This document shows, one piece after another, positions 57,088-64,000 of a stretch of 64,000 bases of DNA. How positions within the stretch are numbered: position 1 is the stretch's first letter; each line of letters starts with the position of its first letter. The notes beneath the pieces were generated by a model, which searched no databases, was not told the origin of the DNA, and saw only the letters and a list, made by a program, of their open reading frames with translations. Source of the DNA: a bacterium (GTDB lineage Bacteria; Zhuqueibacterota; Zhuqueibacteria; Residuimicrobiales; Krinioviventaceae); contig CAXXMD010000003.1 of assembly GCA_963675755.2 (NCBI GenBank), positions 3,264,001 through 3,328,000 on the forward strand, in the 5' to 3' direction. A program made the position numbers and the translations under genes.

Positions 57088-57189
57088 ATTTATAGAAAAA
57101 TAGTAAATATTTTTGTATCTTGCACGGTACCTAAAAAATGATTATACTTTTTATTATAACTTTTCATTTTGAATCGTTGGGGTACCGTT

Positions 57190-58275
57190 ATGAAAAAAAA
57201 TGTACGGATCTTTTTACTGTTGTTACTGGGTGTATTTCATGTTCATGCCGCTTCATCTCTGGAACAGGATAAACCTTTGGAACTCTTGTTTATTGGAAGC
57301 AGCTATTTTAATTTTAATGATTTGCCGCACATGTTTCAAACGCTTACGCTATTTTCCGGTCACCCTGTACATGTTTCCGAGCAGATTACCAATGGCCTCT
57401 TTTTGGCAGATCACGCTGCCAGTGCCAGCACGGAAGAAAAGATCAACTCGCGGCAATGGGATTATGTGATATTGCAGGGATCAGCAAGTCGAACAGCTTA
57501 TCCCGACTATTATAAAGATAAACCTGCATTAAAAGCTCTGACAATACTCAAAAATAAAATTTTAAAAAATTGCGATTCCACCAAGATTGTATTCTGTATG
57601 CCCTGGGCGTTTGAAGATGGCATGACCTGGGTGAAAGGATGGACGGATGATTATACAGATATGCAATTGGAAATCTATAATAATACATTGATTTGGGCAA
57701 AAAAACTGGATATTCTGATTGCGCCTGTTGGATGGGCATGGAATACTGTATTGGAGGAAAAGGAGTTTCCTCTGCATTATTTGCACAAAAGCGACTGGAA
57801 CCATCCGACTGTCCGTGGCTCTTATTTGACGGCTTGTGTGATTTATTCGACGATTTTTCAGAGTCCGGTTGTATACCCCTGGTTCAGCACGCTTGATGAA
57901 CAGGATGCAAAATACTACCAGGAAATTGCTTCCAATACGGTTTTGGACAATCTTGTGCTTTGGAATGTTGTTGATTTTACAGATGCAATTGATGAGACCT
58001 TTCAAACGCCAACCCGGTTTAAATTGTATCAGAATTACCCCAATCCCTTTAACCACAATACTCTTATACATTATACTATATCTATTCCTTCTAACATAAA
58101 AATCGAAATTATAAATGCATCAGGCCAAAAAGTCGCAATATTGGCGGACAGGTACCATGAAAAAGGAGAATATTTTGAATCCTTTAATGCTGGTGAGTTG
58201 GCTACCGGGACTTATCTGTGCCGAACCAGCGGGCCGAATGTCCAGCAAACAATCCAAATGTTGTATATAAAATAA
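57190..58275 (+). CDS. secreted SGNH-like (DUF4886-type) hydrolase with T9SS-type CTD
   Basis: LFIGSSY, WDYVILQ, APVG.AW, D.NHP..GSYL.AC; C-terminal QNYPNPFN..GQKV..GTY. Confidence 0.75.
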   Translation: MKKNVRIFLLLLLGVFHVHAASSLEQDKPLELLFIGSSYFNFNDLPHMFQTLTLFSGHPVHVSEQITNGLFLADHAASASTEEKINSRQWDYVILQGSASRTAYPDYYKDKPALKALTILKNKILKNCDSTKIVFCMPWAFEDGMTWVKGWTDDYTDMQLEIYNNTLIWAKKLDILIAPVGWAWNTVLEEKEFPLHYLHKSDWNHPTVRGSYLTACVIYSTIFQSPVVYPWFSTLDEQDAKYYQEIASNTVLDNLVLWNVVDFTDAIDETFQTPTRFKLYQNYPNPFNHNTLIHYTISIPSNIKIEIINASGQKVAILADRYHEKGEYFESFNAGELATGTYLCRTSGPNVQQTIQMLYIK

Positions 58276-58298
58276 AATCTTTAACCTGCAGGTGGATC

Positions 58299-59870
58299 AT
58301 GATGACAATAATAGATATGGATCACTATCAGCAACACCTGAAAGCAAGAGAACCGGGACGTTTGTCCCTGGTACATGAACTGTGGCTCCCCATGTTGTTG
58401 TTTGCGGGAATGGGGGCCATTACCTGGGCCATACGCGGTACGGCAGGTTGGGGCGGTGTGGATGGTACCGTTTTATCAGGACTCACCTGGGGCCTGATCT
58501 GGTATTATCTGAGCAGACGCAAGGGCATTGACGCCAGCAGTATTGTATTCTGGCTGGGGATGGGTATAGCTTTGGGTGGCGAACTGGGCTATGGTCAGTA
58601 TACCGGCTGGATTTTGGGTCGGTTTTCTGTAGGTGATGAGGTTCTGGCCATCTCTCCGATTACGGGTTATTGGTGGTTCTTTCTTTGCGGTATTGGCTGG
58701 GCTGCTCCCGGTGGTATTTTGTTGGGATGGGCTTTGGCTGGCCGCGTTTCCACTGGTAAATGGATTGCCCGCATTCTGTTAATAATCCCTTTGTTTATAT
58801 TTTTGTTTGCCTGGCCAGTTGTTGATTGGTTTGCGGCAATTTTTGTGAAAACCATACCGGGCTTGTTGTTCCCTCATGCGGATATGGGATTGTATACGGG
58901 AGAACTGGACAAGCACCTTGGCCGGACGGTTTATACCAATTCTCAAAATTTTCTGGTGGTGGTCTGGTGGATTGCCGCGTTAATCATTGCTGCTATTCAT
59001 AAAGATAAAAAAACGCTGGTTTCCGGGTTGATTATTGGCGGTGGATTCGGATTCGGTTTCATGCAGAGTGCAGCGTGGTGTCTGGGATACGGCTCGGCTC
59101 GTGGATACATTGACTGGTGGAAGGTATGGGAAATCAATTCAGGATTCAATCTGGGTATTCTCTATGCTATTGTCTGGTACTGGTCCGTTAAACAGCTTGA
59201 TAAACAGCAATTAGGTAAAGATGATGCAATGCAGGATGGTCCGGTTGAGACTATTGCACTGAACCGAAAACGCATGGATACGATATTATTGACAATTGCC
59301 GGCTTTGTTTTGATCTATTTTGCCGGCTTTGAGTATTTTCCACAAACAGGTATGTTTCTCTGTTTATTCTTTGCTGCGGCAATGCTGCTGACATTAAGGA
59401 CAAGAGAAAAAAATGTTGATCTGTTATCTGTAGCAGAGCGTAGGAACCAGATCCTCTTGATTTATAGTGCGTTTTTACTGGTATTTCTGCTGTTTCATGG
59501 CGGATCGGAGCGGGCCGGAGTGATTATGGAGTTATATGGTCCTGATGCTGTGGACCAGTACGCCTGGCCTGTGGCACGCATTATTCTGTTTGCACCGGTT
59601 GCGTTGATTATTACGGGTGTTGCAGTATATCGAATATGGCAGGTGTTAAAAGTGAAAAGATTTGAACACGTGACTGCTACGTCAACTTTATCCAATCGGA
59701 TGGCAGATTTGTTTATGGTAACCGGTTTCATTGGGGCGCTGTCTATCTGGCCGGCCAAGATCGGGGTGCTATACGCATTGATTATGATTTTTGTGATCTT
59801 TGCACATACCCGACTTGAACAACGTTTTGCGTTTATCGATGGCACACTGGGTGATGGAGGCGATTTGTAA
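58299..59870 (+). CDS. polytopic membrane protein of unknown function (Gly/Trp-rich)
   Basis: More than 12 hydrophobic segments; WAIRG..G.GG..G and DWWK.WE..GF motifs. No family recognised. Confidence 0.7.
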   Translation: MMTIIDMDHYQQHLKAREPGRLSLVHELWLPMLLFAGMGAITWAIRGTAGWGGVDGTVLSGLTWGLIWYYLSRRKGIDASSIVFWLGMGIALGGELGYGQYTGWILGRFSVGDEVLAISPITGYWWFFLCGIGWAAPGGILLGWALAGRVSTGKWIARILLIIPLFIFLFAWPVVDWFAAIFVKTIPGLLFPHADMGLYTGELDKHLGRTVYTNSQNFLVVVWWIAALIIAAIHKDKKTLVSGLIIGGGFGFGFMQSAAWCLGYGSARGYIDWWKVWEINSGFNLGILYAIVWYWSVKQLDKQQLGKDDAMQDGPVETIALNRKRMDTILLTIAGFVLIYFAGFEYFPQTGMFLCLFFAAAMLLTLRTREKNVDLLSVAERRNQILLIYSAFLLVFLLFHGGSERAGVIMELYGPDAVDQYAWPVARIILFAPVALIITGVAVYRIWQVLKVKRFEHVTATSTLSNRMADLFMVTGFIGALSIWPAKIGVLYALIMIFVIFAHTRLEQRFAFIDGTLGDGGDL

Positions 59871-59899
59871 TTTATTGGATCTTTTTTAGCGTTGCAACC

Positions 59900-60020
59900 C
59901 AGATCGCCCGGTATATTCATGCCGGGTGGGATATATTTCGGGATATTTGTCCAAAAAAATAAACCGGGACACATGTCCCGATCAAATATTCCGTGATGCA
60001 GGGATCTGCATCGCAATCAG
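59900..60020. repeat. multi-hairpin intergenic repeat, copy B1 (inverted relative to A1/A2)
   Basis: Reverse complement aligns with A1 (CTGATTG..GGRACATGTGT..AATATATCCC..GGCAT.AATATACC..GCGATC). Direct repeat of 60115-60234. Confidence 0.85.
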
Positions 60021-60026
60021 CTAATT

Positions 60027-60060
60027 AACCACAGATGAACGCAGATAAACGCAGATGAAA
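60027..60060 (+). repeat. 10-bp tandem repeat AACC(RCAGATRAAC)x3
   Basis: ACAGATGAAC GCAGATAAAC GCAGATGAAA at 60031-60060. Confidence 0.8.
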
Positions 60061-60114
60061 AAAACTGATTCGCATAAATTGAGCGGTTAAGATATTTAAC
60101 TTTGGATTGAGTGA

Positions 60115-60234
60115 CAGATCGCCCGGTATATTCATGCCGGGTGGGATATATTTCGGGACATTTGTCCAAAAAATATACCGGGACACATGTCCCGATCAAA
60201 TATTCCGCGATGCAGGGATCTATATCGCAATAAG
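60115..60234. repeat. multi-hairpin intergenic repeat, copy B2
   Basis: Near-identical to B1, with only a handful of substitutions and one indel. Confidence 0.88.
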
Positions 60235-60246
60235 GTGTTTAGTATT

Positions 60247-60306
60247 AACCGGCCCTTCGATACGTCCCGATCCGCCAGCTGGCGGACGGAAACTCAGGGC
60301 CCGGTT
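60247..60306. repeat. nested REP-like palindrome (CCCTTCGA...CTCAGGG type with an inner TCCGCCAGCTGGCGGA hairpin)
   Basis: AACCGGCCCT...AGGGCCCGGTT outer arms; perfect 16-bp inner palindrome at 60271-60286. Confidence 0.7.
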
Positions 60307-60390
60307 GGGAAAATTATGATTTAATTTGTTGAAATTGAAATTTATCATTAACCAGGTAATCAATAATCTAACCAGAATCGAGATGCTAAT

Positions 60391-63300
60391 ATGGACCGTC
60401 ATTTATTCTTTTTGTCAAGAAGCACAGTCGTATTGTTTATTGTTTTGGTATTTATCACCATTCCTGCATGTCTATTTGCTTTGCCAAATGGTGTATTTGA
60501 ATTAGAGACCGAGGTTTTCATTAAAGACTGGCTTATCTGCGGTCCGTTTCCCGGTGACAGTGAAGCCGGAGCGGGGATTGAAACGGATTATTTAACAGAG
60601 CATGGCGGTGAAACGGGAATCGTCCCGACAGTATCTATGCAGCATGCGAGTGCATCCGTCTCGTCTGGTAGTGTGCCCTGGAAGTATGTAAAAGCAGATG
60701 ATACCGGAAAACTCGATTTTACCCAACATCTGGAGCCAAACCAGAGACACGTTGCCTATGCATCCGCAGTTGTCCATTGCAAAAAAGAAACCCATGCACT
60801 GCTCAAAACCGGCAGCAACGATGGTTTGAAAATTTGGTTCAACGGTCAGCTTGTGTACGACAGTCCTGCACCGAGAAGCACCGGTCCCGATGAAGACCAC
60901 ATTCCGGTTGTATTGAATAAAGGCGACAACCTGCTGCTGGTAAAAGTCGATCAGGCAGGCGGACGCTGGTGGCTGTACGGCCGTTTTGAAGAGATGCATT
61001 CTTTGGGAAATCGTCTCTTTTTTACAGAACCACTGGTAGCTTCAGTTCCGCAGAGTGAATCCCAAACTACCGTAACCGATGTTTTTTCAGTACTGGCAAC
61101 CAATCCGACAAACACTCCTGTTGGTCCGGTTTATTTTGATGTCATGGCTGGCAAGGGGCGAAAATCAAACCGTGTGAACTGCGGTACGGTTAATCCAGGT
61201 GAGAGCAAGTGGCTCATTGCCGAATCTGAAGCTAATGTGTCTGATGGCGGAAAATTCATTGATGCGGAAATTCAGATTTCTTCAGGCAAAGATCAAAATC
61301 GTGTGCATGTGAAACAACAACGTCCCAATCCGCCTCAATATCCTGATCTGCAAGTGTATATAGTTCCGCACTCTCATGCTGACTTGTCATGGCCGCACAC
61401 ACCGGAAGTCAGCACCAATTTGAATGTACAGGCCATATCCGAGTCTATCAACATACTAAAAGAGCTGCCGGAATTTAAATTCTCTGAAGAAGATGTATTT
61501 GTGTTTGAAGAATTTTTGCGTCGGAATCCTGATCGGTTGGAAGAGGTAAGGGATCTGTTGAACAAAAATATTCTGGAATGCGGCGGATTTTATTTTGGCC
61601 CGAGCGAGCTTTTGTTGGGTGGTGAAGGACTGGTACGAAATATCTATTATGGCAAGCACTGGCTTTTGGACACCTTTGGTATTGATACGGACTTTGCCTG
61701 GAACCTGGATGAACCGGGACATACCCTGCAAATGCCCCAGATTTTGACAAAGGCGGGAATTGATAAATTTGTGATTTGGAAAGTGTTGTTAAGACCCGAG
61801 AACAATTTGAACGTTACGGGTTATGTGGGACCGAATATTTTCCGCTGGCAGTCCCCTGACGGTTCTGATGTTCTGGTTACTCATTGCCCCGGTGAATATG
61901 GTATTGGAAAAATGCTGCGTACCGATTCATTCCTTTCGGCATCAAAGCATTTTGGTGATTTTGTACAGCGTGAGATCAAACATAATAACAAGTGGGACCT
62001 TCCACCGGTTATCATGATGGCGGACGGCGCGGATTGCACAATCCCTGATCCGCGCGTCGGGCAAAACGCAAGGTTGTGGAACCAGATGTACCGTTTTCCG
62101 AATGTAAAAATTGGGTCCATTGCCCAATATTTTGATGCCGTTGAAAATGCAGTTGAGCAGGGCAAGGGTTCAATTCAAACCATAAACGGTGAATTCCCCT
62201 GCTGGTGGGCCGGGACCCAGTCCGTTGAAAACGATGCGTTTATGCTATCCAGACGGGCCGAAGCCATAGTGACAGCTGCCGAAAAATTCTCTACTGTCAA
62301 TGATCTGCTTTTCCCGGATTACGAGTATCCCCAATACGCCATTGAGAATGTATGGAAGGGCAAACTGTGGGTACATGAGCACAACTGGGGCGGTACTGAC
62401 GGTGATATCAGCGATGCAATCAAACTCGCCAGAAGCAGGGAAACCTATCGTTTGGCGGATGATCTGCATAAAAATACCCTCGGTACTCTGGTCTCCAATA
62501 TTAAATACAAGGATCTGGGGATTCCGCTGGTAATATTTAACAGCCTGACCTGGGACCGTACAGATATTGTTGATGAGATTGTTGCAGTAGATGAAAAAAG
62601 AATCACTGAGCTCTGTTTACTGGATGGTTCGGGAAAAGAGGTCCCCGCGCAGATCAAAGTGTTGGCTGAAAATGACGATGGCAGCATAGCCCGAGCGCAG
62701 GTTGTGTTTGAAGCAAATGTTCCATCAATGGGTTACGCAACTTATTATCTTGCTCCGGGAGAAAACCATAGCAGATCAGATTTTATTGCATCTGAAACGA
62801 TTTTGGAGAATGGATATTTCAAGATCTGCATTGATTCCGAATCAGGCGGGATTTCCAGTATTTATGATAAACAAAACAAGAGTGAGATTTTAGACACATC
62901 CGTATACAAGGGCAATGAACTCATTGCGCTTGAGAATTTTGGCGTGGATGAAGGTGAAGAATTCAGCGAAAACTGGTGGAGAATGAGCGAGAATCCGGTA
63001 TCGGTGACGCTGGTCGAGTCTGGTCCCATCCGGGCAACGCTGCGCATTACCGGAAAAATATTGAATTCGGACTGGGAGCAGGGAATCTCTCTATATGCCG
63101 GATTACCCAAAATCGATATAAAAACAATTCTGGACTGGAACGGTCAAAAGGAAATTCAGGTCAATTCCACATTTCCGTTTAGTCTTGAACAATCCAGACT
63201 CACATATGAAGTCCCTTTTGGTCAGGTTGAATATGGCGACGAGAGTCCCGCGGCAATGGCAAGCCATCCCACAGTGAGGGCTACCAATAACTGGATAGAC

Positions 63301-63978
63301 TTGTCCAATACAGATATGGGAATAACTCTTGCCACCGAAGTGACTCCGTTTGATTGTAAAGACCGAAGGGACCCGCGTTTTCATGATGCCAGAACAATAG
63401 AGGGAGAATGGGAACCAAGTCGTTTTTCAATGTACACCTGGGAAGACTATACTGATCATGAACGAGTTGCGTTAAAAGACCCTTTACTTTTGGATACGGA
63501 TTACGTGATTCAGCCGATTTTATTACGAAGTGTGTTCAGTTGTGGTGATCCGAATCTCTTTTTCACTCAGGAAGGCAAACATGTTTATCGGTTTGCAATT
63601 ACGACACATAATGGGCCATTGGTTTCACATGATGCGGTGCGGTTTGGATGGGAACACAATACTCCGTTTTGGGTAGAGCGTGGTAAAACATCAGCAGGCA
63701 AGCTTGCAGATTCGGGTACTTTTATACATGCTTCAGAGCCCAATGTACTAATTTCCATAATCAAAAAAGCTGAAAACGATAAAGGTGTTGTTTTGCGCTG
63801 TTATGAAACAGATGGAAAAGACACGGATGTAACCCTGACGTTTAATGGATCATTGAAATCAGCAGAACACACCAATATTATAGAACAGCACGGAAAACCG
63901 GTTAACGTTGAGGATGGAAAACTGACTTTTCATATAGGGCATAATGCTATTGAAACATACAGATTGTTTTTTGATTAG
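60391..63978 (+). CDS. GH38 alpha-mannosidase-family protein with N-terminal PA14/galactose-binding-like domain, secreted
   Basis: PHSHADLSW zinc motif, GE.LVRN..YG, W.LD..GH nucleophile region, F.WQSPDGS.V, FNSL.W.R, LENG..., KKAE..VVLRCYE. N-terminal DWLICGPF..GSNDG..WFNG..L.KG.N.LLVKV domain. Confidence 0.88.
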   Translation: MDRHLFFLSRSTVVLFIVLVFITIPACLFALPNGVFELETEVFIKDWLICGPFPGDSEAGAGIETDYLTEHGGETGIVPTVSMQHASASVSSGSVPWKYVKADDTGKLDFTQHLEPNQRHVAYASAVVHCKKETHALLKTGSNDGLKIWFNGQLVYDSPAPRSTGPDEDHIPVVLNKGDNLLLVKVDQAGGRWWLYGRFEEMHSLGNRLFFTEPLVASVPQSESQTTVTDVFSVLATNPTNTPVGPVYFDVMAGKGRKSNRVNCGTVNPGESKWLIAESEANVSDGGKFIDAEIQISSGKDQNRVHVKQQRPNPPQYPDLQVYIVPHSHADLSWPHTPEVSTNLNVQAISESINILKELPEFKFSEEDVFVFEEFLRRNPDRLEEVRDLLNKNILECGGFYFGPSELLLGGEGLVRNIYYGKHWLLDTFGIDTDFAWNLDEPGHTLQMPQILTKAGIDKFVIWKVLLRPENNLNVTGYVGPNIFRWQSPDGSDVLVTHCPGEYGIGKMLRTDSFLSASKHFGDFVQREIKHNNKWDLPPVIMMADGADCTIPDPRVGQNARLWNQMYRFPNVKIGSIAQYFDAVENAVEQGKGSIQTINGEFPCWWAGTQSVENDAFMLSRRAEAIVTAAEKFSTVNDLLFPDYEYPQYAIENVWKGKLWVHEHNWGGTDGDISDAIKLARSRETYRLADDLHKNTLGTLVSNIKYKDLGIPLVIFNSLTWDRTDIVDEIVAVDEKRITELCLLDGSGKEVPAQIKVLAENDDGSIARAQVVFEANVPSMGYATYYLAPGENHSRSDFIASETILENGYFKICIDSESGGISSIYDKQNKSEILDTSVYKGNELIALENFGVDEGEEFSENWWRMSENPVSVTLVESGPIRATLRITGKILNSDWEQGISLYAGLPKIDIKTILDWNGQKEIQVNSTFPFSLEQSRLTYEVPFGQVEYGDESPAAMASHPTVRATNNWIDLSNTDMGITLATEVTPFDCKDRRDPRFHDARTIEGEWEPSRFSMYTWEDYTDHERVALKDPLLLDTDYVIQPILLRSVFSCGDPNLFFTQEGKHVYRFAITTHNGPLVSHDAVRFGWEHNTPFWVERGKTSAGKLADSGTFIHASEPNVLISIIKKAENDKGVVLRCYETDGKDTDVTLTFNGSLKSAEHTNIIEQHGKPVNVEDGKLTFHIGHNAIETYRLFFD

Positions 63979-64000
63979 AATTAAAAGAGTAATGAATGTA

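Noticed and set aside
60244-60310. Integron attC site (TAAC...GTTGGGA ends)
   Set aside because: R'' and R' boxes do not fit RYYYAAC/GTTRRRY, it does not follow a cassette ORF, and there is no integrase or second attC.
59495-60402. ORFs 59495-60016(-), 60017-60199(-), 60107-60319(+) and 60220-60402(-)
   Set aside because: They are translations of the palindromic repeats or the antisense of the membrane-protein gene; no RBS or protein-like motifs.
1-64000. tRNA, rRNA, transposase, phage or defence genes
   Set aside because: None recognised. Intergenic gaps are short or explained by terminators, promoters and repeats. A tRNAscan/Infernal run would be needed to exclude small RNAs.

Overview
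Bacterial chromosomal window, about 40% GC by eye, with almost every gene on the + strand. Shine-Dalgarno sites, canonical sigma70 promoters, 'NYPNPFN' C-terminal sorting domains and a PorV-family gene point to a non-Bacteroidota FCB-group organism (KSB1/Calditrichota/Marinimicrobia-like; inference). (1) 1-22953 is a LacI-controlled locus for sulfated glycans: GH95, GH29, two five-bladed GHs, four Tat-exported sulfatases, an arylsulfotransferase, FucP, and an oxidative L-sugar pathway with UxaE that fits L-galactose -> D-tagaturonate -> D-fructuronate better than L-fucose. (2) 23004-36800 holds a secreted EEP nuclease and a lipoprotein DEDD exonuclease next to a six-gene operon (two secreted CTD proteins, one made of tandem nuclease-type OB folds; a lipoprotein; a TonB-dependent receptor; PorV; an NHL lipoprotein) preceded by Pho-box-like 11-bp repeats. 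This is the best candidate for an undescribed system: a SusD-less extracellular nucleic-acid utilisation locus. (3) 36972-48317 is a complete heme operon. (4) 48462-63978 is a mixed accessory region: unknown glycosidase-like protein, phosphoesterase, beta-barrel, sigma54-type Hsp20-Hsp20-DnaJ unit, SGNH protein, membrane protein and GH38. Two intergenic hot spots (46650-47003, 59900-60306) carry a shared 100-120 bp multi-hairpin repeat family with compensatory base changes. No rRNA, tRNA, CRISPR array or transposase was seen. All calls come from reading motifs by eye; no database search was run.
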